Shown here one piece after another: positions 14,117 to 27,574 of a stretch of DNA of 64,000 nucleotides. This stretch comes from Proteromonas lacertae (taxonomy: Eukaryota): positions 62,001-126,000 of the forward strand of contig NGBS01000301.1 in assembly GCA_002245135.1 (NCBI GenBank), written 5' to 3'. Positions within the stretch are counted from its first letter, which is position 1; the number at the start of each line of letters is the position of its first letter. A program made the position numbers and the translations under genes. The notes under the pieces are model-generated. The model saw only the letters and a list, made by a program, of their open reading frames with translations. It was not told where the DNA came from and did not search any database.

Positions 14117-14257
14117 TGCTAAACTATGCTTGATGATTAATTCTTAATAATTAATTGTCAAATTTGGTTAGCATATAGCGATCCGCCAGAATGTACGATT
14201 TCTACGGATTTTTTATGTATTTTCTATCTTAAAAAGTCAACAAAAATACATACAGAT
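14117..14257 (+). ncRNA. H/ACA-like snoRNA candidate, target unresolved
   Basis: Hairpin tgctaa/ttagca with internal pocket and 13-bp upper stem; 3' hairpin closing immediately before ACA at 14252-54; H box imperfect. Confidence 0.5.
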
Positions 14258-14349
14258 TTATTTATACTTTATAGATTGAATGAATTTCACAAAGAAAAAG
14301 GATATTACTGGTATGAATATATATATAACTCTATTTACTCTTATTAATT

Positions 14350-14480
14350 GCAAGACACACTCTATATAATCAGCTTTCGCAATGACATGTTATAATTTTC
14401 ACTCTTGCTATAAATTTGTTGGCTATATATGTTTATAGTTGTTTTTATTAGTCTTCTATATTCTTATTCCACTAACAATA
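14350..14480 (+). ncRNA. H/ACA snoRNA candidate guiding an 18S pseudouridine
   Basis: Stem gcaaga/tcttgc; pocket acactct + ttttc pairs with GAAAA-UU-AGAGUGU of 18S; H-like ATAAAT 14 nt downstream; second hairpin; ACA at 14475-77. Confidence 0.6.
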
Positions 14481-14576
14481 TTTCATTATTTTATTGTATT
14501 ATATAGATTTAAAGACAAATAGTGATTTAAACAGAAAAGTAACATTATACATCATTAAATTACTATTTCTAATAAT

Positions 14577-16285
14577 TTATTTTTGTGTTTTCTTTTCTGC
14601 TTGTTTTCTTGATAAAGTTTTTGATAAATTGGCATATTTCTTAGAATCATCTCTACTCATCCTCGTTTTATCTCTACAACCTCTACCACCTTCCCAATGT
14701 GCATGAAACTGGTTAGGATCAACCACAAATTTATTACACGATTTACATTTTGGAGTAACAGATTGTTCAGCTGAACAATACCCACATATCATAGTTTTAG
14801 CCCATTCATGTAGATGGTCTTGTATACTATCATGACACTTATCACAAGGATATGCTAACCCACAACAAGGGAATCTAAGCCATCTGTGTGATTTTCTATA
14901 ATGACTACAGCATCCTTCATCTTTTAACGGTTGTCCTGTCTTAATACCTTCAGCTTTTCTAATATCCTGCTTAACTCTCTCTGAATTATGTGGTTGGTTA
15001 ATAATTGAAAAAGATTTCTCAGTAAATTCAAACAATAAGTTCTTATGGCAAGATCTGCAGTTTTCTTCACCAAATAAACCACCTCTTTTAGACACAATAT
15101 GATTCTCTGTTCCACAATCAAAGCAAGTTGCAATAAATTCACTCGATAATAAATCTACATTACCTTTTGTATTATCCATTACTACATAACCTACACAATA
15201 TTTATTATTAGATAATTTCATCATTATTGCACCTGTATAACTGACATTCAAATCTAACTTACATTTTGTACAAACCAATTTCATTGATTTTCCACTGACT
15301 AAATTCACTTTATTGGGATTGTTACATCTATTGCAATATACACTTAGATTTATATTATAGCAGTACAATAATCCTATTCCAATTGTATGTAAATTACCTA
15401 CTTCAATACATGTACCATTTGGCTTGGGATTAATATTCAATGAAGGTAAGAGTGATTCACGATTGAGAGGTATTGTATTTCCTACTTCGTCTAAGGATGG
15501 TAATGTATCTGTATTATCATTAGTATTGCATGGAGCTGATGGTATAGAAATAGATGAAGAAGATTTTTCTGGATTTTCTATTTTTTCTTTTTGTTGTTGT
15601 AATAATTGAATAATTCTTTTTCTTATGCTAATATAATGATCTACACATTCTTCTATTGATTTTGAGGTGAAATTTGATATTTCTCTCCATCTTTCATTAG
15701 GAGGCATTGTACCTGGGTATAATTTCAATGCTTGGTCAAATAATAACTGTTCTTTGATTGTCCATAGATTGGATATATCTTCGTCTTCTTTTTCTTCGAT
15801 TTCATCTAAATTTGGTTTTGTTTCTTCTATCATTGCATCTGGAGCATGAATTAATGATTGAGATACGAAATCACCTAGTTTACGATCTAATTTTCTAAAG
15901 AATTCCTTTAAGAAAGTGTGTCCAAGAGGAAATGAATCTAATTCATGTTGCATCAAATGCTGTAACTCACTAAAATATAATTATAAATCTTTTAGTTATA
16001 CTCTATTGAATCTTGAGACAAATTGGCCTCTTTAACATAAACTGAAGGATGAACAGTTTGTGGATAATTTGTAGGAATAAGAATTTCGAGTAAAAAAGTG
16101 TTGATCATTTTATGAGGATAATCAGGATCAGTAGAACTAAATCTAACAGTAATTGAATCATTATTTTCATTTTTCACTCTCTTAAATGAATCAACAAACT
16201 TTCTTGATAATAAAACTAACTCCTTTTCTCTCTCATCACTCAATGATTTCAAATAATTCGTTAATTCTAATCCTTCCATATTCAT
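14577..16285 (-). CDS. CHY zinc-finger protein with RWD-like N-terminus, SANT/Myb domain and CxxC ribbons
   Basis: CSHYRKSHRWLRFPCCGLAYPCDKCHD (CHY); WTIKEQLLFDQALKLYP...ERWREIS (SANT); C-terminal WEGGRGCR; intron 15970-16001. The RWD call is tentative. Confidence 0.8.
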
Positions 16286-16532
16286 TAAAAGCTTGAGTTA
16301 ATAGTCAAACATTTTTGTTAACTCTCATTACAGTTCAACAATTTTACAATGCAATTATATTAACAATAAAATATATGTCATAATCTACATGATTGTTAAA
16401 ATAAAATCTTAATTGACAATGTCTATTTGAATGAAAAACATAGTTTAAAATCATCTTGAAATTGGTGCATTTTTAAATGAACAAAAATTTTCATTAGTTA
16501 ATTTTTTCTTAAGCTACTTTTTCGCCAGTTTC

Positions 16533-19415
16533 ATGACAGATAATACTCATAGAGTATATTTTTGCATTATAATAACTATATTTATAGAAGGGTCTATGGG
16601 ATGAAGCAGAAGATGATCTTTTAATCAAGAAAGTGGGAGAGTATGGATGTAACTGGGCTAAAATAGCAAATTTTATTTCAGGAAGATCGATGGATGAATT
16701 ATATGCGAGGTACATCACTCTTGAAACTTTTGCTCAAAGAATAATTCAGAACAAGAGGAAATTAAAGCGAAATCATTTCGAGAATGAATTAATTGTAAAA
16801 GCAGAACAACCTCCTCCATCTAAGCATCGTAGAACTGGTTCAATAACAGATATCAGTAGTTCTGTACAAATATCACCTGGGTATAGTCCACCTTATCCAA
16901 ACAAAATTTTGTATATATTTTATTACATATAAACATTACCCTAGTCAACATGTTTTAAGAAATGACACAAATCAACATATAATATCTGCTAGAGAACACC
17001 ACAGACTAAAAGAAAAACAAGAAATATTAGCATTAGTACAATCTTTGAAAAATAGTCCAATAACTGAACCTCCAGATACATTAGCAAAATCTAGAGTAAC
17101 TGTGGTAGATATAGACATAATAAATCCACCATTAACAGTAATAAAACGACAAGCTCATAGTTCAGATTCATCCTCTTCCTCTTCTTCAGATAGTGATTCA
17201 GAAAATGAAATGGAAAATGAACAGATTGTTATTCCAAAATTTCATGAAGTTCGATCAATTCAAGCTTTACCAAGAAAGTTTTGGATAGAATTTCAAAGTG
17301 GTTATTTAGGGTATATATATATATATTTATATATAATTATTTATTAAAATAGTCTAAAATATTTAGAGGAACGTAAATCCATCAATGAAAAGGTCATTAA
17401 ATTGGAAGAACAAAGAAGAAAATTAGATAAAATCAGAATACCCTATGTTTCACCACCTTCATCTACTACTTCCTATACACCAACTAAACTACCTCCATCC
17501 TTATTAAGTAACCATCATAAACAACAACAACAACAACAACAATCTCCATTAACATCATCATCTCAATCACTAATACCAGTGACAGGAAGAAAAAGAGCAT
17601 ATAGAAAGAAGAAAGATAATGATGAAGATGAAGATGCAATCATTGAGAATGTAAAGAAGGAGACAATTGCTATTAAATCATTAATTAATGAAAATGACCA
17701 ATTATATGGAAATGTATATATATATATATATATATAATATTATTTATTTATTTATTTAGATTATGTTTTCAACTTGTGTTTTCAATGCATTAGGTAAAAA
17801 TGATGAAGTTGTGAATATGATTAATGGAAAAGGATTGAGATATTTACTATCAAATTCAGAAAAGTATTTTAATTAATAATTATATATATATATAAATAGA
17901 AAAATATGTTGTTTATGTCGAACAGATGGTGATAATTTACAATTATGTTGTAAATGTAAAAGATATTATCATTCAACCTGTATATTATGTGAAGGAGAAG
18001 AGTATAATTATAAGAATAAGAACAATTGGAAGTGCTTTCTATGTGAACCACTTATCTTTAAGAATATTATATTTAGATTGAAAGAAATGATAAATCTCAA
18101 TAATATACTCAATATGAGTAAAGATACTATTATTCCTAATAATTATCATAGTGAAAGTAGTAATAATGAAAGTAGTGGTAGTGATAGTGACAGTATTAAC
18201 AATGCAAATAGTATAATTGATGATGAAATAGATGATGATGAAGATGAAGATGATGATGATGAAGATAATAAAATAATAACAATAAATAAACATAGAAAAC
18301 AACAACAACATAATAATAATAATAAACATCATAACCATCATCATATAAATCAATTTATAATTAATAATAGCAATAGAAATAAAGAAAACAGTATAGATGA
18401 TGATGATGATGATATGGATATTGATGTAGATTCCTATTATTTATGGACAGGATTAGAATATACGAAATGTAAAATACCAATAGACTATATAAGTGATGAA
18501 TTATTAATTAATTTCACTGACCAAAAGAATGAAAATATTAAAAGATTAAAACATAAATTCAATAGTTCAGTACATCGAATTGGATTGCAACAGTTTGTAA
18601 ACATGAGTAAAAGAGGAGAAGAATTAATGAATAATGTTATAAATGAAGGTGAATATTATCATTATGATTTTATTAAGAAAAATATTTTCTTTTCTACTAC
18701 ATTTCCTATTCCAGATGAATTATTGAAAATATATCCGTTATCTGTATATATTTTTTTATTTTTTATTTTGTATAGAGTAATGATTATTATATTCATTTTG
18801 GTGTGTTATTACAATCACTTTATAAGGATTTATACACTCTTATAAGAGATATATATCCAGAAATACTACTAGAATCAGTCAAGAATGAAGTATTAGTAAA
18901 AAAAGATGATAAAAAACTACCAGATGATGGATATGGTGGTGGTTCAAGGGCTTGGATCTTTCAAGCCAATCCTTCCTATTACGACATTGATGCATCATTA
19001 AAGAAATTAAAAGAAATGACTTGGTTTGTCAAGCAAAGTAGAAATTATATACATATAGGTGATATGGTATTTATATGGAAATCTGGTCCATATGGGGGAT
19101 TAGTAGCTATAGGAACAATAAAATCAGAACCAGCAATAATTAAAGAATGTAAAGCAATGAAACCATATTATCAAAGTCAAGAATTCTTTACTAAAATAGA
19201 TTATAGATGTTGGATTGATATTGATTGTGTATTACCCACTTGTATATCAAGAGATGTGTTTATTGGTAATGATGCTACAAGGGATATTACTATATTTAGA
19301 GCTCCTATTGCTACTAATTTTAAATTGACTGCTAGTCAGGCGAATGGTATATTGGATGTGACTAGAAGAGTGGTTGGTGATTTGGAGGATTTACCTTGTA
19401 ATATTGATACTTCTA

Positions 19416-19449
<34 letters not shown>

Positions 19450-20484
19450 TATATTTTTACATTTCTTATAACACATTTTCATTTATTTTTATTTCTCTCC
19501 TTTTTTTTAATCTTCTTTTTCATTTCATATTTTGTTAGAAAAAGTAACTCCTAAACCATCTATCAATCCTGATAATAATAAAGATACTAAAAAGCATAAT
19601 ATTACCTATATGTTAGACATTCAAGACTACTGTCATATATGTGGGAAAGACAATGATGATTCGCATATTATCCTTTGTGATAAATGTGATAGAGGATTTC
19701 ATATATACTGTTTAAACCCAAAACTTAATGATATACCAAATGGAGAATGGATTTGTCCAATCTGTAAATTGAAAAAGAAAAGAAGATACATCAGAGGAGT
19801 CAACTGTGAAATATGTGGTGAAGTATGTAATAGTAGTGAAGATATAAGTAAATCAAAATCTTGTATTATATGCCATAAACTTTATCATATTAATTGCTAT
19901 AAAGCAAATACTAATTTGAATTTACCTGAATGGAAATGCACTTTTTGTGAAGGATATCAGAAGAAGAAATATCATCTAGAAAAGGATGGTATATAAATAA
20001 ATATTTATATATATTATTTAGATGAATGGTGCCGAACATGTTTGTCAAAATCTCCAGAAAATGATTTATTTCGATGTTCTTGTTGTGAAATAGTGAGACA
20101 TAAGAGTTGTCCTGATCAATTCAATAATAAAGTAGGATATGAATCATTTCAAGGTATATATATATATATAATTTATCTAATTAATTAGATTATTCATTTT
20201 GTTACAGTTGTTATGATATTTATTTTAGAGATACGTTATGTAAACCATTTACAAGATTGCATATATTCCATCAAGAAGCTTGTTCATTAATACATTCACT
20301 GTTGAACCAATTAATTAAACAAATTATACAGAAATTGAATTCTGTCAATGAGACTGAATTGTATATGTTGTTATTTTATATTATTTATAGTGATGATGCT
20401 GTTTATTCTGAAAGTACAAGAATCAATCTGTTGTATAAACTGATTGCATATATCTTGACAAACTTTTTACTTTCCATAAAGTGA
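16533..20484 (+). CDS. Chromatin protein: Myb/SANT, PHD, EVE domain and further PHD fingers
   Basis: GLWDEAEDDLLIKKVGEYGCNWAKIA (Myb); PHD ~17900-18050; EVE-like 18950-19360; PHDs at 19620-19950 and ~20027-20210; exons joined by short introns. Confidence 0.75.
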
Positions 20485-20633
20485 ATAACTAAATTGTTGT
20501 CATTTAATTTTTGTTATTGATATCATTGTTTTGTTGGTTTATTGGCTATTTCACAGTTTAGAAAATTTATTCGTTTTTTTACTGTTAATAAAAAAAGTTT
20601 CGTTATGATTTCAAAAAGAGCGGTTTTGTAACG

Positions 20634-23166
20634 ATGAGTTCATCTCAAACAACTAATAATAATACAAGTGCAAGTGATGTTTCTGTTGAAGAATTGAATA
20701 AATATGCTAAATATATAGGTCTAGATCCTGATAATGATGTTGATTTAATGCACATTGCTAAAGAAGGTGTAAAAGTATATTGGCATGTTACTACTCATTA
20801 GGCTCCTTTACCAGAAGATTGGACGTTATTTGAGGATAAGATTTTGAAAAAGTCGTATTACTACAACGAAAAAACAATGGAAACAAAATGGGAACATCCA
20901 CTAAATGAACATTACAAGAAATTAGCAATTGATGCTAAACAAAAGAAATATGGGATTATTACACAGTTTGATATTGGTATTTTATTTTCCATTATGTCTA
21001 TCTGTGTATAGCTTTGTCCTGTCATACATTTACAAAGGGTTATCCAGCACCACCAAGAGGAGATACAGTAAAAACAGGAAGAAAATATAGAGTTCCAGCA
21101 AAAATCACAGTTATAGATTTAGAAGCTGTACCAATTGACGATAACCCACCGGATTATCAACCAACAGAAACTGAAATAAATGAATATGCTAAATTTTTAG
21201 GATTTGATTTAATGAAGGATAAAGAATGTCTGTATGTAGCAAAAGAAGGATTAAAGAGTAAATTAGTTGATGGATGGAAGATATTCTATAGTAAACCATT
21301 AGAAGTATTTTATTTCTTTGATAAAAACACATCAATATCACAATGGGAACATCCTCGAGACTTAGAATTTAGAAATAGATATTTGAAAGAAAGACTTAAT
21401 CCAAAACCACCAACAACCACAACAACTACTTCAAAGCCAATTACAAAGGCACCTGGTAATTTATCATCTTCTGCTCCTATTACTAAAGCACCGTCTAATG
21501 TAACAACTACTCCTGCTAAAACTACAACTATTACTAAACCTCCTGGTAATTTAAATACTAAACCAACCACAACTGCTGCAAAGCCAGCAACAACAACAAT
21601 AACTGCTAAACCAACAACTACAACAACAACAAAACCAGCCACAACTACAACAGCTAAACCAACAACTACTACTACTACAAAACCAGCCACAACTACAACT
21701 GCTAAACCAACAACTACTACTACTGCAGCTAAACCATCAACTACAGCAACAACTGCAGCTAAACCAACAACAACAACAACAACAACTGCTAAACCAACAA
21801 CTACTACAGCTGCTAAACCATCAACTGCAGCAACAACTGCTACAAAACCAACAGTAGCAACAACAACTGCTAAACCAACAACAACTACTACTACAAAACC
21901 AGCCACAACTACAACAAAACCAGCCACAACTGCAGCTAAACCAACAACTACTACTACAAAACCAACAACTACTACAACAACAAAACCAGCCACAACTACA
22001 ACTGCTAAACCAGCAACTACTACAACAAAACCAGCAACTACTACAACAGCTGCTGATATAAATAAAGTAAAAGCAGATTATGAAGCTAAACTAACAACAC
22101 AGAAGAAAACATTGGATGATGAATATAGTAAAATAATTACCAAATTAAAAAATGACAATACTCTCAAAATCAATGAATTAAATACGAAAATTGTATAAAT
22201 ATTTAGTAATATATATATATTTAATAGAGTAATTTAACTAAAGAAATAGGATCATTGAAACAAGGAGGAGAAGTGCAAAAGATGAAAGATGAAGTAATAG
22301 AAATAAGTAGTAAATTAATATCATTAGAAATAGAAAATGATGAATTGAAAAGAGAGAATAATGATTTAAAATCAAAAGTGAATGAAAGTTCCTACAGTAA
22401 AATGACTTCAGGAGAAATAGAAAAAGAAGTTATTAGTTTAAATCAAGTATTTTGCTGTATATTTCATAATATATAGGAATTAACAAATATGAAAAGTAAA
22501 AACTTGGCAAATGAAACAGAAATTCGTAATTTAAATAGTGAATTAGACAAATATAGAGTATATAAAACCAGTAATGAAAAATTAAACATGGAAATTAATA
22601 AACTGAAAAATGAAAATGAAGAGTTGAATAAAAAGATAAATAACCAATTACATCCAGTAACAAATAACAATAAAGAATATGATGAGTTGAATAGAAAATA
22701 TTCAGAAAGTTTAAATAAAATATTAGAACTAGAAACAAAACTAAAGAATACTAGTAATTTAACATACAATAATAATGACAATTATCAAATTACATCAATA
22801 AAAGTATATTTATAGAATTATAATTATTTATATATCAATAGAATGAGAATGAATCATTAAAACAAGAAATAATATCATTACGAAATGAGAATGCCAAATT
22901 GAAGAATGAAAATAATACACTAATATCACAATCATCCATATCTTCATCATTAGTTACTTTACAGAATGAATTAGAAAAGAAAACAAGTGAATATAACCAA
23001 GCAAAAGCATCATTACTTCAACAAGATGTATTTTATTTATTATTTATTGTTTATCATAAAATAGAGAGAAATACAGTCATTAAAAATCTCAGATTCAACA
23101 AAAACTACAATTATTCATCAGTTAGAAGAAACATTGAAAGAAATGGAAATTATAAAGAAAGAAACA

Positions 23167-23197
<31 letters not shown>

Positions 23198-23843
23198 TTT
23201 CTCATATTAATAACAATTCGAATATAAATCCAAATACAAATGATTTGAGTGAAATTATTATTAGACTTGAAGAAGATAGTATAATATATAATATTATTTA
23301 TTAATAAATATAAATAGATAAAAAGTATAAAGACATTATTGAACAAATTAAGAATAGTAAAGAAACAAGATTATCAAAATTACAAGTATAATCATTATAT
23401 TATATTTATTATTATTAATAGAATAATAAATCAGATTATTCTAATTCACCAGTATTACCTCCACCTGCTCCACCATCCATTATTATTCAAGTATATTTAT
23501 TATTATTATTATTTAGGATGATTATTATTCATTATCTCAAACTTGTACTCCAAGATATTATGATCATAATACTTATGATGTAAGTCCTTCAAGATCTTCA
23601 TCAGTTTCATCAACTTATTCATCCAATTCAACTGCTTCCAGTCCTTATCCAATGGCTTCTCCACTTTCTTATACTTCTCTTCCTACTCCTACAACAAGAG
23701 ATTATTCATTTGTATCTTCTAGAGCACAACAGTTTGTTAGTCCATTAAGAGCTCATTTAAATCAGAATTATGAAAAGATAAAAGCAATTCGAAAAAGACC
23801 TCCTAGACCAAGAACAACTTCTAATATAACAACAATAATATAA
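20634..23843 (+). CDS. CEP164-like protein with two N-terminal WW modules, Thr/Pro/Lys/Ala repeat and coiled coil
   Basis: YAKYIGLDP...IAKEGVKAPLPEDW...YYYNEKTMETKWEHP and a second copy (YAKFLG...SQWEHP); low-complexity linker; coiled-coil exons. Confidence 0.72.
21560..22050 (+). repeat. Degenerate coding minisatellite, (A)KP(A)TTTT units
   Basis: More than 15 imperfect KP(A/T)TTT repeats. Confidence 0.85.
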
Positions 23844-24304
23844 TTAATAAATAAAATAGTTTTTCATTTTAAACATAATAGTATTTTGTTTTCATGTATA
23901 TGGATTGATAATACAACAAAAGAATCTTATCTTATCTCTTATAATAAGAGATTTTTCTTTTGTAAATTCTATATCACAATACTTTGTTTATAGAATTAGA
24001 GCTTCTTTATATTATAACTCTGAAAACATATAATCAAGTCGAATAAATACTTCCATCACACAAAATGGGAAGCTGTGTAGAATTTCGTCTCCATTTCATC
24101 ATATTATAATCAATACATTCTCAATATTACCATTATTAGGTTAATATTACAAATTAATTATCACATCGCTTTTTATTTCATTTTTATCAAAAACAGAATC
24201 AAGCTTCAAATAGTCATTCGAACTATTTATTTATTTTATTATTTATGAGTTATAATCAACACATAATCAATACAAAATATCATCAACAATAAAAAATGAG
24301 ATAT

Positions 24305-26432
24305 TTAGTTTTGATGAGATACTGATAATAGTTCAAATGAAGTATTTTGATATAATAATTCAGCATAAGGATATAATGGATAAGGTAAATCTTTAACAAG
24401 TAAAACAGGAGATGAATCATTATGACTAATCCAATATTCTCTTTTATTCATATCAACAATCACTTCATAAATTGAACCATCTCCACATTTATTGAAATTT
24501 GGATTTGAATTAACAACTCTTCCAATATGACATAATGAAGTAATATCTTGACTTTTACCATTCCATGCATAATAATTACATGTTGTTGATTGATTATGAA
24601 TATTATATCCAGAATATATATTATCTGTTGATAATCCTAACATTATACCATCATTATAACTTCCATTTTGATTATATCTATATTTGATATGATAAACTCC
24701 ATTTTCCATTTTCAAATTCAAATAACAATGACTCCAACTTCCATTTGTATTTGTTATAACTTTTCCATTATTTGATATTGATATTCCATCACCTTTGTTT
24801 ACTTCACTGAATTTTATTTCTACAAATTCTAATGATATTTTAAATTTCTTTTCACTTACAATATTCTTACAGATTATTTCATATTCTCTCTTTTCACAAC
24901 TTTCTTTCACCTTTCCATGAATTATTCCATTTTCTCTATCTATCATTATTCCATCTGGTAAGGATGGCTTATTGAAAATTCACATTTTGATCCATCAAAT
25001 GAAGGAATTATAAAGATTTCTTCATTCAATATAAATGAATATTCTGATTGAGGATATGAAAAGGATCTAATTTCTTTTGTTTTTAATTCTTCCAATAATT
25101 CTTCATCCGTTATTATTTTTCTCATTTCATCTTTTTCACTCTCATCCAATTTCATTTCTTGAATATATTCAATTAATAACTCTTTGGATTTTGAATCTAA
25201 ATAATTATCTTCATTTAACATTTTATACAATGCTTCTTTTCCACAAAGATTCTCAATTGTAATTACATCCTTTTTATCAACAACAAATAAACATAAACAT
25301 CTTAATGTTAAATTTCTTTGATAATCATTATACTCAACACATAATCTTCCTAGCAATCTATTCTTTATTTCATTTGGAATTATATCTTTCATTTTCATTT
25401 TCATTATCATCATTAACACTATTTCTATCACTTTTGTATCTTCATTAGATAATAATCTCTCCAAATCATCTTTCATTTCTTTGCAGTTTAACATTTTTAT
25501 ATCATTTTCTTCTATCATCATTTCATCATCATTTTCTTTTGTATAATATTTTGGAATTAATCTTATCAACTTTTTATTTTTTACTTCATTCATCTTTATA
25601 CATATATGATCGGCAACATAATCACATATTGACACTTTTAACTCACATAATTCTATCTTATTTTCTTCGCAAATTTCTTCGATCTTTATTTCATTTAAAT
25701 GAATTTTCGTTTTTAACAAACAAATAAATTCATTCAATTCTTCTTCATTTTCTGATTCTTCTTTTAATACTAATCTATACCATCTCAATAATCGATTCAA
25801 TAACCAACTCTCATCATTGATTATCAGTTTTTCATTATTCAGAAGGAATTTCATTGAATATAAATTCAGTTTTAATAATAAATCATCTATTCAAATATTA
25901 ACATTTAATTTAATATATAGTCATACCTTCACATAAATAGTTATATCCATTCAATTTTATATAATCTTCACATACACTTTTTATCTCATTCAATTGATTT
26001 ATATTTATTCCATTTAACAGTGAAAATATTTCCATCATTATTGATTCACTCAAATGATTCTTTAAATATCTTTTACATATTCTCATTATTCCATCATCAT
26101 TGTAATATACACTGAATCTCAATATATCACACATATTATCTTCATTTAACTCCATACAACCACCACTGTAGTATTTTTCTATCTCTAAAAATGAATTTAT
26201 TTCACATTTTTCATATAACTCTAATACACCATTATGCTTTTCATCTAATAATAACTTATTCAATGTAGCATTTCCATTCATTAAGATGCTTTTCACACAC
26301 AACACTTCTTCTACTCCTACTTTCACTTTCAAATCACCGAAACCATTATTCACTAGTATTCGACTCAACCTATAAAATCAAATATTATCAAATATACCCT
26401 CTTTCACCGATATCATTATCTATTACTTTCAT
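24305..26432 (-). CDS. BTB/BACK-like + putative Ig (He_PIG-like) + SPRY/B30.2-like protein, one frameshift
   Basis: N-terminal BTB-like segment (GDLKVKVG..VLCVKSIL, FLEIEKYYSGGCMELNEDN); adding one base at 24966-67 joins the ORFs as SISPSLPDGIMIDRENGIIHG; C-terminal SPRY-like (ISISNNGKVIT, IMLGL, YPLYPYA). Confidence 0.6.
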
Positions 26433-26801
26433 TTTTCAAAATTTGGATTTTGGAATTGTTTTTGAAATGTGATCGTTTCATTCTTATTCAAATCAGTTAC
26501 ACTGAATAAGTCAATAAATATATAAGATATAAATGATTGAAGATATGAAATGAATAAAGTGAGTATTGTTGTATATATGATGACTATAAATAATAATTTG
26601 AGTTATAGATAAGAGAAAGTGAGTTTGTGGTTTGTGTACAATGAATATAAAGCGTTAATGATAAAATATAGAATGAAAATGAATGAATGAAAAGTGAAAT
26701 GAGCATATTTGAGTTATGTTTTATCTTTCATTTTTCACTCTTTCATAAACAAACAATATCAACATATTAATTAAGGATATATACTCAAATATTAAACAAT
26801 T

Positions 26802-27543
26802 TTACTTCTTCAATCTTTTCAATTCAACTAAAATCTCGTTTTTCAGTGATTCTAACCATTCGTAAGGTAATATATTAACATTATTACCATTAACCATATC
26901 TTTTACATTATTATTTAATCCATTTATATTTCTTCTTTCATTATTATTATTATTAAATAATCGATTATAATTCATTTCTAATTCATTAGATATATTACAT
27001 AACTCATCAAAACTATCATCTATACTTCTATTATTTACATTATTCTTAATATCATTAAGTTTTATTTCATACATTTTTAACATCTTTTCACGTTCTTTTA
27101 GCCATTTATCAAATTCTTTTAAATAACCAATTTCTTTATTCAAACTATCACCTTCATATTCTAAACATTTCTTCATCTTATTTAAATACGATTTTTCACT
27201 TGCATTTTTACAATTCATATTCTTCTTCTTCCATTCTTCTCGTTCATTTTCATATTTACTCTTTTCTTCTATCAATTTACGTTTTTCTTTCTTATAATAT
27301 TCTCGACTTTCATTTAACATCTTTAATTCTTCTAAATAACGATTTTTATATATATCATATTTATTATTATTATTATTTATTCTTTTATCATTAAACATAT
27401 TCGTTGTTGATATTAAGGATAAATCTTCACTTTCATTATTATATACACTTTTCAATGGATAACATGTTTTATGTTTCATTTTGTCATTTTCTATTGATAA
27501 ATTATTATATTCAACAGGTGGAGGTGGTGGAGGTTCATTTACC

Positions 27544-27574
<31 letters not shown>

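Larger units (their letters stand above)
13560..14530 (+). ncRNA. Putative non-coding snoRNA host transcript with four long introns
   Basis: Candidate GT-AG introns 13661-13836, 13885-14040, 14055-14274 and 14311-14506, each holding a structured element; exon 13837-13884 has stops in all three frames. Ends are approximate. Confidence 0.55.

Noticed and set aside
14370..14425. U4- or U5-like snRNA
   Set aside because: Only a loose match to the U4 5' end and no U5 loop GCCUUUUAC; the H/ACA pocket model explains it better.
21310..21993. Val/Ala-rich antisense ORF, and similar ORFs at 6657-8330 and 27200-28153
   Set aside because: Shadows of low-complexity coding sequence on the opposite strand.
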